Positions 13,202-22,833 of a DNA stretch of 64,000 bases are shown piece after piece. The first letter of the stretch is position 1; each line of letters starts with the position of its first letter. The stretch is from a virus. The stretch spans positions 11,887 to 75,886 of the IMG/VR virus record IMGVR_UViG_3300005534_000011; one strand, 5' to 3'. The notes under the pieces are model-generated. The model saw only the letters and a program-made list of their open reading frames with translations, was not told the origin of the DNA and ran no database searches. A program made the translations under genes and the position numbers.

Positions 13202-13666
13202 ATGCGCCAAGTATCTAAAGCAGCTCAGGCAGAAACCATTTCTACTAACGTACTCGAAACCGCATCGACCGCCCTGTCACTGGCCGAAGATGCGTTGATC
13301 AAAGCAAAGGAAGCTTTGGCCGCTGCCGGTGGTTCTGGTGGGTCCAAGTCGGGAAGGGGATCGAAAGGTAAAGGTGGGGATCAAACCCCTGATAACGCTT
13401 CCAAGGGCTCGGCGGGTCGTAACCCTTCACCGGAACAGCTTGAGATTCGTTCCGCAATTATCGAAGCTTTGCAATCCGGTGAAATCAAGTTCTTTACCAT
13501 CGCCGAAGTGACCGAAGCCATGAAAGCTGACCGTATCCAAACCCGGAACGCGGTCAACTATCTGGAAGCTCAGAACATGGTTGTTCGGTACGGTGAAAAA
13601 CTCCCAGAAGGTCGCGGCCAGCGGGAATTGATCTACAAGGCCGGAGTAGTTCCAGTCCCGGCCTAA
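13202..13666 (+). CDS. winged helix-turn-helix DNA-binding protein
   Basis: C-terminal IRSAIIEAL...TIAEVTEAM...TRNAVNYLEAQNMV...GRGQRELIY wHTH pattern; own promoter (13101) and terminator (13683). Confidence 0.65.
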   Translation: MRQVSKAAQAETISTNVLETASTALSLAEDALIKAKEALAAAGGSGGSKSGRGSKGKGGDQTPDNASKGSAGRNPSPEQLEIRSAIIEALQSGEIKFFTIAEVTEAMKADRIQTRNAVNYLEAQNMVVRYGEKLPEGRGQRELIYKAGVVPVPA

Positions 13667-13682
13667 TGGGTTGGTAATGTAT

Positions 13683-13712
13683 AAAGCCCCTTAACCGGGG
13701 CTTTTTGTTGTC
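13683..13712 (+). terminator. intrinsic terminator
   Basis: AAAGCCCCTTAACCGGGGCTTTTTGTTGTCT; near-identical copy at ~31148. Confidence 0.85.
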
Positions 13713-13921
13713 TAGGGTTCTAGGGATTTGATATAAACCCATATAGCAACATTCCCCAGTAATCCACACCAATCATCAGATAGACTCCTAAACCCTCTCA
13801 AATCCCCTTAGAATCAACCAAAACCATATAGCAACATTCTAACCCTAAACCCATTCCCACACTTGACATTCGGAATTGATGGTTTAAGGTATAGGAACAT
13901 TCCAGAACATATAGGCATCAC

Positions 13922-14149
13922 ATGAAACTCTTCTATGTAGCAATCTTTCTGGTGGTAGCAAGTCTCCCTGTAGGCTTTATCGGTATCTATGCAGCTTGGG
14001 ACAGAACACCACCTCAATACCGCTTATTGCAGTTGGATCAAATCATGCATACCGGTGGAATGGTCTATCTCGCCATGGTCGCCGGATCGGTTCTGCTGTT
14101 TCTGGTCTGGTTGTCCCTTCCACTGAATCGCAGGGATTATCGGGTTTGA
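13922..14149 (+). CDS. small membrane protein (2 TM)
   Basis: Two hydrophobic segments; TTGACA promoter at 13863. Confidence 0.6.
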   Translation: MKLFYVAIFLVVASLPVGFIGIYAAWDRTPPQYRLLQLDQIMHTGGMVYLAMVAGSVLLFLVWLSLPLNRRDYRV

Positions 14150-14635
14150 TTTGATTGGGTATTCAATAGGTGAAATATCCCTCAATTTGATGGAATACCA
14201 GTGAATTCTGCTGAATGCTTTCGAGAGTGTTAGGGAATTTGTGTGGTATTTGATGGAATTACGGGATTTGATGGAATTTTTGTTGCATCAAATTTAGCGG
14301 ACGAACTTGGACTAACGAGAAAGTCTATCATTTAAGTGTAACGTTTTCATTCCACTGGAACGGTTTCGTTACACTTCCCAGAATTCCCAAACCATTCAAT
14401 ATCTCTCAATCATCCCAATGATTCTATAAGGGTTTGGTTCTATTATCAATCCCCTTAATAGTATCTGCTAAAATATCAATTTGATTGATTTGATTATATT
14501 TTGATCAATCCCAAAACCCCCGCTAATTTATTTCAAAATCCCCCTTGATTAAAGCTTGATTCTGTTTCGATTCCTGCTATTCTATACCTATTACCACCTA
14601 TCAACTATTACCTACCAGCTTCTAAGGGGTTTCAC

Positions 14636-14956
14636 ATGGCTAGCATTATGGAACAATTCAAGGCTTGGGTTAACATTCAAGCCACCGATGATCCTGATCG
14701 AATCATTGACCATCATTCATGGGTTTCCTGTGCTATTGGGGAGTTTGCTACTCACTTAGGTTATAATGGGTTTCCTGCCCATCAAGTGAGTGATGCTTTC
14801 AAGCGTCATTATGGAATTGATGCATGGAAATTATTGGGGAATGCTGGTTCTGTTTATAGTGGCTTCGGTTCCGGTTGGAAAATGGTTGTTGATATGACCA
14901 CCTATAAGGATTTGGCGGATTGGTTGAATTCTTTGAATCCCTTGGAGCCATTCTAA
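14636..14956 (+). CDS. CA(V/I)G(Q/E)F-family hypothetical protein
   Basis: IIDHHSWVSCAIGEFA...TTYKDLA. Confidence 0.75.
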   Translation: MASIMEQFKAWVNIQATDDPDRIIDHHSWVSCAIGEFATHLGYNGFPAHQVSDAFKRHYGIDAWKLLGNAGSVYSGFGSGWKMVVDMTTYKDLADWLNSLNPLEPF

Positions 14957-15636
14957 TGCATTGGGTTGGTTCGCTGATTATTATAGGTCTTTTGATGGCC
15001 TGTACCGGAATGATGGTAATTGGCTATGGTGATATGCCTAAGCATTCATTTTGGTATGTGATTGTTTTGGATTCATCTGTTGTCTTGATAGGGGTTTGTG
15101 TTCTATCATTGATTGGGCTGTTGGGTTTCTTGAAGGTATAGGGGAATTTTATGAAAGCATTATATCATGTAACCGCAAAATCTAAGGGGTTTGTAGTTCA
15201 TACCTCTTTTCAAGTGGCTGATAGTGTGGAATCCGCTATTGAAATTATAAAGGAGTTTTATGCGGTTGTTCCGAAGGATTCCCAATGGTCTGCATATAAA
15301 AGGCGGGAATTATGATATTGGTTGAATCCATTGTAATTGATGGTAAATTGATTGGGGCGATAATGATGGATTATAACGGTTATTTCTATCGTCCTAATCA
15401 ATTAGGGGTTTTGGGTTGGTTGAAATATATGTTTTCCGATATCTATTACTTCGGATCTATCTCTGAGCTTAAAGAGTCCTTATTGAATTGATGTAAATGC
15501 TAATATTTTGATGCTTTGGGGCGATTTATACCAGAATATTAGCATTTACTATTTTGTTTTGATTCTTGCTTGAAATGGCTTGACTTTTGTTTTGATTCTG
15601 GTAAGCTTCTCCCATTCCTTAATTGAGTGATACAAA

Positions 15637-15975
15637 ATGACTATCCAATCCGCCGATTTGAAATTGATCACCGAATTCCGCGACTTCTGTGCATCTAAAG
15701 GTAATGAGCCTATCCAGCATCGGGATGGCTGGGGCCATGCGAACTGGAATACCTGTGCTGTTGGACAATTCGCTAAGTTCAAAGATATTCCCAATATCGA
15801 TGGTGACCGTATGGCCGGGATGTTGAAATCTGCGTTTAACATCATTCAAAATACCCCATATGGTTTCATGATTGATTTGGGTAGTGGTGACTCGGCAGAA
15901 GAACAATATCCGACCTATGATAAGGTTGCGGATGCTGTAACTACCATCATCAATAAATTTCAGGGGGTTGTATGA
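15637..15975 (+). CDS. CA(V/I)G(Q/E)F-family hypothetical protein
   Basis: LITEFRDFC...PIQH...WNTCAVGQFA...YPTYDKVA. Confidence 0.8.
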   Translation: MTIQSADLKLITEFRDFCASKGNEPIQHRDGWGHANWNTCAVGQFAKFKDIPNIDGDRMAGMLKSAFNIIQNTPYGFMIDLGSGDSAEEQYPTYDKVADAVTTIINKFQGVV

Positions 15976-16304
15976 TCCTTTCAGAAACCACTCGTGATGA
16001 GGCGTTGACCCTGATCACTGAGTTCCGGGACTTCTGTTTGACCCGTGGTGATGCTCCTATTCAACATCTGAATAGACTGGGTTCCGGTTGGGATACCTGC
16101 GCAGTGGCCGAGTTTGCGGCAACCAAACAAATCCCCGCCCATTCTCCGGGTAATGTAATGGCTTGTATGTTGCGACATGCTTTTCGCACTATCGATAATA
16201 CTTCGGTGTTTATGATTGAATTGGGCTTGGTTTATAGTGCTCAATCCAAGTATCCAACCTTCGACAAGTTGGCCGCAGATTTGACCACTATTCTTAATCA
16301 ATAA
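15972..16304 (+). CDS. CA(V/I)G(Q/E)F-family hypothetical protein
   Basis: LITEFRDFCLTRG...PIQH...WDTCAVAEFA...YPTFDKLA. Confidence 0.8.
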   Translation: MILSETTRDEALTLITEFRDFCLTRGDAPIQHLNRLGSGWDTCAVAEFAATKQIPAHSPGNVMACMLRHAFRTIDNTSVFMIELGLVYSAQSKYPTFDKLAADLTTILNQ

Positions 16305-16318
16305 GGTATATCATTAAC

Positions 16319-16690
16319 ATGAAACCACATAACGCTCTGAAATTGATTGAATCTTTCAGGGACTATTGCTTGACCCGTGGTAAAGATCAAATTGTCCACA
16401 AAGTACCGGGTGGTTGGGCAAGTTGGAATACCTGCGCTGTTGGTCAATTCGCCGATTACAAGAAGATCAAAAAGGGCGATGCCGGGCGTGGTAATAACAT
16501 GTACGAAAAATTGCTTACAGCTTATAAAGCAGTGGGTATTTCGTATGGTATCGGGGTGCTGTTGTATAAATTGGGTGATACACGAACCGCCGAAAAACAT
16601 TATCCAACCTTCGACAAGCTCGCCAAAGCTTTGACCAAGGATATCAAAACCGGTATGGGTAACATCAAAGCCAATAAGGTGAAGGCATGA
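16319..16690 (+). CDS. CA(V/I)G(Q/E)F-family hypothetical protein
   Basis: LIESFRDYCLTRG...WNTCAVGQFA...YPTFDKLA. Confidence 0.8.
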   Translation: MKPHNALKLIESFRDYCLTRGKDQIVHKVPGGWASWNTCAVGQFADYKKIKKGDAGRGNNMYEKLLTAYKAVGISYGIGVLLYKLGDTRTAEKHYPTFDKLAKALTKDIKTGMGNIKANKVKA

Positions 16691-16812
16691 AAAGCAATCA
16701 AAAAGGTTTTACCGCTGTTGAATTGTGGATTTGCATCTGGGGTGTTATCTGTGTTGGTCTGATGGTTGGTGCTATCGGTATCGGCCTGCATTTCATCATG
16801 AAATTCTGGTAA
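16687..16812 (+). CDS. 41-aa mini-prepilin (class III signal peptide plus TM helix)
   Basis: Not in ORF track; translates MKSNQKGFTAVELWICIWGVICVGLMVGAIGIGLHFIMKFW; ATGA-coupled to the upstream gene. Confidence 0.7.
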   Translation: MKSNQKGFTAVELWICIWGVICVGLMVGAIGIGLHFIMKFW

Positions 16813-16879
16813 TTTCAAAAGTAATTTGACATTTGATGCAAAGGTGCTATCCTCTAACCATCACTAAGGGGATTGCATC

Positions 16880-17257
16880 ATGTTAGATATTCATGTTGGT
16901 TCTGATCTGTTCAAAGCTGGTGTTACCGAAGATGGTCAAGACTTCATAGGCGAACGCTGGTTTGTTCAAGCCGAAGCGGTCAACGGTCAACGTTGGGTGC
17001 ATATAGCTCGCTTCGATTCAACCAAGGCGGTTGATGGTGAGGATTGTGACGGGATGGTGTTCTTCCCGGACAACCGTGTAGAGGCTCTGGGGCGTGCTGA
17101 ATCCTTGGCGGCAAATGTTCGATTGTTCCTGAATGCTGGTGGTAAGTTGACCCCAGAGTTTTGGATTGAGGTCGATCCTAGATATGGTTCGATTGCATAT
17201 CAAACCCTTGACAATCAAGGGTATTTCAAGGATCTAGAACGCAAAGCTGAATTTTGA
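16880..17257 (+). CDS. hypothetical cassette protein
   Basis: Preceded by cassette promoter and RBS, followed by terminator. Confidence 0.75.
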   Translation: MLDIHVGSDLFKAGVTEDGQDFIGERWFVQAEAVNGQRWVHIARFDSTKAVDGEDCDGMVFFPDNRVEALGRAESLAANVRLFLNAGGKLTPEFWIEVDPRYGSIAYQTLDNQGYFKDLERKAEF

Positions 17258-17971
17258 TGAAAAGCCTCGGGAAACCGGGGCTTTTTATTTGGGGTTGGGT
17301 ATTGCATCAAATCCATAGGGTGTTATACTGACCCTACACCAACCGAGGGGCAGACCATGAACCGTAAAGAAGCATTCCTAAAGATCAAATCCGTAGCGGC
17401 GGATGATGGGTTTACCAAACTGGATGTTCTGCCGATGTTCAAAGGTGTAGCACCTTCGGTTGTTAATGGCTATTTGAAAGCCGCGTATGAACTTGGGTTC
17501 ATTACCCTGAATGCAGGCAACCCGCTGTGCATGTACCCGACCATCAATCTGCGCAACCTGAAATAATTAGGAGGTAACCATGGAAATTTTGGTTCATAAC
17601 AGTATCAATTTCGTTAATGGTTTGGCGATGAATATCACCAACCCAGATACATTCTCGGTCCCAAGCCTTGACGAAAAGCTGGCGGTAAAACCGGGTGGTC
17701 ATATCAAGATTGGGGTTAAGGTGAACTCCCATAACATCAATTGCGAACGGTTTTGGGGTCGGGTGGTTCAAAACGATACCGATAACCATATCATCACAGT
17801 GATGATTGACAATGATTTGATTTGTACCGACATTCATGGGCTGCGTTATGATGATTGTATTCAAGTGCCCTATGATGTCGTGTTAGATGTAATTTGATCA
17901 AATAGGGGTTTGCATTTGATGTAAACCCTTGCTATACTGCTATCACACCAACCAAATCAAGGAATACCAAA

Positions 17972-18235
17972 ATGGCTATCGTCAAAGCTGTTGCAAACAC
18001 CCAAGACCTGAACAAAAACTGTGTTCTAATCTCAAAGGTTGTTAATCAGGTGGACGGCAACACGGTGCTGGTTTATATCCTGTTCATCAATAACAAGCCG
18101 GTCAACCACACTGCAAGCTTTGACCGCGCACTGGGTTGGTATGACAAGAATGTGACCGACGTTGTTAACCCGGTTGAAGTGGTTGAAATCGGCCATTATG
18201 CGTGTGGTACTATCCACATCAAAGAAACCCGATAA
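17972..18235 (+). CDS. hypothetical cassette protein
   Basis: Follows hairpin promoter and CACCAACCAAATCAAGGAATACCAAAATG leader. Confidence 0.75.
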   Translation: MAIVKAVANTQDLNKNCVLISKVVNQVDGNTVLVYILFINNKPVNHTASFDRALGWYDKNVTDVVNPVEVVEIGHYACGTIHIKETR

Positions 18236-18313
18236 ATTTGATCAAATAGGGGTTGCATTTGATGTAACCCCTGCTATACTAACCCCATACCAACCAAATC
18301 AAGGAATACCAAA

Positions 18314-18631
18314 ATGTCTATCATCAAAGCAATCGAAATCAAAATCGTCAAAGCTGGCACTGAACATTTGGTCCACCATCAAGCGGCGATAACCCTTGAA
18401 TTCGCCCCTCAGTTTGTAGGCGATATCATCAAGTCCATTTGTGGTTGCGAGCTGGACGATGACGACCACAACGATTTGAACGACTTGCATGTTTATGGCG
18501 TAATGGCGAGCCGGTTCGGTAAAGATTGGGAATTCTATGTAACTGCCAAGGTTACCTACCCCGATGATATCAATTTGGATTCCAACGTGGATTCGGATAT
18601 GTTCGCCCGCAAATATAAGAACACTTTGTAA
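18314..18631 (+). CDS. hypothetical acidic cassette protein
   Basis: Same leader as 17972, and similar first codons (MSIIKA vs MAIVKA). Confidence 0.75.
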   Translation: MSIIKAIEIKIVKAGTEHLVHHQAAITLEFAPQFVGDIIKSICGCELDDDDHNDLNDLHVYGVMASRFGKDWEFYVTAKVTYPDDINLDSNVDSDMFARKYKNTL

Positions 18632-18900
18632 TGACCAAGCGAAAGAGGCTCTATAAGCTGTTGCGGAAGCTCTGGAAGTTTCTTTGATGGTATCCAACCC
18701 GGTCTAATCAGCCGGGTTTTATTTTGCCTAGACATCTTGACAACCATACAAAAAATATGAGAAAATGAATTGACGACCTATATTTGTGGTTGGCATGAAA
18801 ATTTCCGTGAACTATTTGATGCAAATAGCTTTAAACCGCTTGTATTGCATCAAATTAGGAGTATACTGACCCTACACCAACCGAAACAGGGAATTCAAAC

Positions 18901-19341
18901 ATGAACGCTTTCACCCAAGCCCACACGATGACTAAAGAAATCATTCAAGCTGGTGATAACTACGCGGCCACGTTTGCCCTGTGCCTGAAACACATCAAGG
19001 GGTCTATCATGACAGAAGCTCAGAAGCTGGCAGCACAATTCATAGCCGATGCTAAAGCCCGCATAGTCGAGTTGGAAGCGTTCAAATCGACTAACCCAAG
19101 CGGTTATGTCGTAATCACCGGGGAAGATGTTAAAATGTCCCTGCAATTTGATGCAGGTTCGGTAAAGGTTTGCAGGATCGAATCCGCTACCCGATACAGC
19201 GAACGCCGCATAGCAGACGCTATCGCTTCTCAAGTACGGAATGGTGCCAATTACAAGGCCAAATCCATTTGGTTGATTGATCAGATTGTAAATGATATCG
19301 AATGTCAACAAGACCTGATCCGTCAATGTGAATCGATTTAA
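18901..19341 (+). CDS. hypothetical cassette protein
   Basis: Cassette promoter and RBS upstream. Confidence 0.7.
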   Translation: MNAFTQAHTMTKEIIQAGDNYAATFALCLKHIKGSIMTEAQKLAAQFIADAKARIVELEAFKSTNPSGYVVITGEDVKMSLQFDAGSVKVCRIESATRYSERRIADAIASQVRNGANYKAKSIWLIDQIVNDIECQQDLIRQCESI

Positions 19342-20662
19342 ATCGATTTAAAATAATCGAAATAGGGGTTGCAATTTGATGTAACCCCTAGTAAACTGCA
19401 ATTACACCAATCGAAATGGAAGTTGGCAAAATGATCATCATCAAAGACGAGTTCACTAGCGGCGCTCAGGTAAGCATGGAAATGGATAAGGACGCGGGCG
19501 AGCTGTTCGTTTTCCATTGCCCTGCCGGTCAAGGCTGCAAGGTCAATAAATGGCCTTTGGATAGCTATCATATGCCCATTGCGATGGCGTATTACACGGA
19601 ATGCTGCACAATTGAACAGCCAGAACCAGACGACATCGATTCAACTTTTGCATGCATGTGTGACGAATAACCAGCGTCAATATAGGGTTTGCATTTGATG
19701 TAAACCCTTGCTAGAATCTAATCACACCAACCAAATCAAGGATTATCGAAATGGCTACCGAAACCCACCTGACCCGCGAAGTGTTCACCCTCAATAAGCA
19801 GTCTGTTGGCGTCAAAGTTGCTTATAATGGTTGGTGTGCCACCTATAACGGTGACGACTGTTCGTTGTCTGATATCCCGGCTCAGTACCACGAAACCATC
19901 CGTAAGGTGGTGACCGTAATTTGCCTCGAAAATAACTGGGTTGATATGGGGGCGGTGTAATGAGAGAACAATTAATCAAATTGATACAAGCGTGGCAAAC
20001 TTTGGGGTTTATTAATAGTACCCTAATGCGACCTGTCGATTATGATAGGCTGGTGTCGTCCAGACGTGCTATAGAAGTGGCTGTTAAAGCGCTCGCCGGG
20101 GTTAGCAGTTCGGCCAGCATCATTGAAGCTATGCAGGTCGTGGGTATTACCCATGATGACCTTGACCATCAATAAGGGATTTGATCATGGCAATCGGCGA
20201 ACGCAAAAGCATCAAAGGGGCACCATCACTCAAGGTTTTTGAATCGGTGATGATTAACCCACACGGTCGGGCAATCCGGTTGGACATCTGGAAGACCGAC
20301 CAGACCGATGTTAATGATAGTATTTTCGTTTTCTGTGCCAATGATTTTATCCAGACCTACGACACCGACAAGACCCTTTTGCTTGTCGAGCTGGCCGCGT
20401 ACATGGTGGATAACCTGTAATTTGATGCAAAAGGGGTTTGCATTTGATGCAACCCCTGTTATACTGGTATCACACAAGGGAGATACCACCATGTTAGACA
20501 ACAAGTTTTCAAAGGGCGACAAAGTTCAAGCCGATGGCCCTTTCTGGCTTACCGTCACCGAAGTGCGTGCTAATGGCTGGTATAGCTGCATTTTCGGTGC
20601 CATCGGCGGTTATGCTGGTTCTTTCCGTGAAACCCAACTTTCAAAATATACTGGAGCATAAC

Positions 20663-20992
20663 ATGGGCCTTCTCATTAGCGTTTACCGTTCGGCTGGCTG
20701 TGACTGCACTAACAACGGTGTGTCGTCTCGTTATGATCAACTGACCCTAGTTAATGTGGGTGGTCCTTTCGAGCCATCCAATACCGCCCCGGCTGCGTGG
20801 TTGGTCAAACATCGTACAATGCCGGGTGTTGTGTATATCGTGTGTGAAGACCCGGCAACTAGCAAACGTGCCCATATGGCTGGTGGGAACTTCGGCGGTA
20901 CGAGTGATTCCCGGTTTTCATCTGAAATGGCAAAACTTACCGGCTGTGCAAACTGGCACGGTGCTGCGAAGATTCACGACCGATACGAATAA
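20663..20992 (+). CDS. hypothetical protein flanked by 27-bp direct repeats
   Basis: GGAG RBS inside the repeat, ATG at 20663; DCTNNGVSS...MAGGNF..TSDSRF...IHDRYE. Confidence 0.75.
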   Translation: MGLLISVYRSAGCDCTNNGVSSRYDQLTLVNVGGPFEPSNTAPAAWLVKHRTMPGVVYIVCEDPATSKRAHMAGGNFGGTSDSRFSSEMAKLTGCANWHGAAKIHDRYE

Positions 20993-21910
20993 CCTACCAC
21001 AACTTTCAAAATATACTGGAGCATAAACCATGTGGTACGAAATCAATGTTTCACTAAAAGGTAAGCACTTTTTCGCAACCGCCAAACGTAGCATTACCGA
21101 CCGGGAGCAACTGAAAAAAGCGTATACCGTGTTTGCGGAAAAGTTCCCGGCAAGTGAAGGCTATGAACTGACTGTTACCAACTATGCGGTATCGGGTTAT
21201 ACGGTTGACCCAATGACAGGCGAGCCGCCACGGCAGACCATCGGCGATATGGAACTCGACAAGGATTGATATGAAATGCCCAAACTGTAAACAAGAATTG
21301 ATGTTAAATTCACCGGTAGAATACAACGTGGAAACCTACCGAAAACCCGCTGTAGGTGTTGCGTTATGTTGTGGGGTTGGTATCAGGCTTGAGGTTGTTA
21401 CTACCTTTAAAGCTACGGTATACACCGGTAAGGCCATCTTTGACGACTGGGGTTATGAAATCAAACCAGCGTAATACAAATAAACCCGGCGAAAGTCGGG
21501 TTTATTTTTGCCTATTACTTGCATTTGATGCAATACCTGCTATAATTTGATCATAACCCAGATAAGGAATATGATCATGAAAGCACTACTCAACCGGGAC
21601 CGTTCAAACGTTGATGATATCGGTTTGATTATGGTATCTGTTCTGGCGGTTGTCAGTATCCTATGGACCATCAGCTAATTTTGTTTCAGGGTTGCAATCT
21701 GGTTTGGATGTGCTATTCTATAGTTACTGGGGCGGCTCAGAGGCAATCACCGAAGTACCCTTGAATTTGAGTTGGCACGATTCTTGTCATAGCAATTACA
21801 ATGCCAGAATTGAAACAAATTATTTTCAATTAATTGCATCAAATAGCTTGACCACGCTTCTAGATGCTGTAGACTGACCATATCGAAACAAAACATCAGG
21901 AGTAACAAAC

Positions 21911-22324
21911 ATGAAAGTAGTAGCCGATTATCCAGCTTATCAAATCATCGATATGGAACAGGATGTACTAGACTGGCCGGAAGATACCAAAATCAATATG
22001 GCGATTGCCTATGAATCCCGGCAGTATGGCACCATGTACCGGATGTATTATATTTCTGGTGTGGCTGCATATGTTCGTAAGTCCAATAACGAAAGCCCGG
22101 AAGAGTATCACAGTGACCCGGAAGCCGCTGTAACTCGTGCAAAATCGATGGGTCAGGCCCTGTATTGGGTAAGTGAGTGCTCTACCAGTATCACCGCGTG
22201 GAACCGTCCTAAAGAAACCCATATTTTGGGTAAGGTCTGGCAGAAAATCCGGTTTGATGGTAAGTTGTTCGAACTGGTACACAATCGCGCCGAATTCTAT
22301 AGCCTGAAAGAAATTTCGGAATAG
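21911..22324 (+). CDS. hypothetical cassette protein
   Basis: AGGAG RBS; promoter at 21848. Confidence 0.75.
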   Translation: MKVVADYPAYQIIDMEQDVLDWPEDTKINMAIAYESRQYGTMYRMYYISGVAAYVRKSNNESPEEYHSDPEAAVTRAKSMGQALYWVSECSTSITAWNRPKETHILGKVWQKIRFDGKLFELVHNRAEFYSLKEISE

Positions 22325-22398
22325 CATCAAATAGGGGTTGCATCAATTGCAGCCCCTGCTATACTAACCCCACACCAACCAAATCAGGATTACATAAC

Positions 22399-22833
22399 AT
22401 GCAAATTTCTAAAGACATAACCGCAAACGTTCTGGCCGGTGTAATAACCTCCGATGTTAAACGTGTAGAGGCTGCCCGTGTATTGGGTATGTTCCGGGTT
22501 GTTCTGGTCGAGGATGAAACTTACAGTTTTGAAGACCTGTGCGGCGATATGTATAACCCGGAAGCTAACCCGGATGTTGATGTAACGGTGTTGGCTCGCC
22601 AGAAGCGTGCATATCGTGCCAGAGTGAACCGCGACGGTGTGTATGGTTCATTGGCTCAGGTACGGAATACACCAACTGGGTTATGGGTCACGGTTGAATC
22701 AATCTGGGGTTTTGTGGGTGAAGATTTTATCGGTTCCGGTTATGAATCGGACTTTATCGAAAATGCAAGTGAGTGGTTGTTTACAAACCTCGATTTGCCG
22801 AAGCTTCAAGCGGCGTTCAAAGATTTGATGTAA
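22399..22833 (+). CDS. hypothetical cassette protein
   Basis: Hairpin promoter 22333-22365 and leader. Confidence 0.75.
   Translation: MQISKDITANVLAGVITSDVKRVEAARVLGMFRVVLVEDETYSFEDLCGDMYNPEANPDVDVTVLARQKRAYRARVNRDGVYGSLAQVRNTPTGLWVTVESIWGFVGEDFIGSGYESDFIENASEWLFTNLDLPKLQAAFKDLM

Noticed and set aside
18737-18810. Third sigma54-like site TGGCATGAAAATTTC
   Set aside because: Lacks the -12 GC and has no convergent partner; too weak to call
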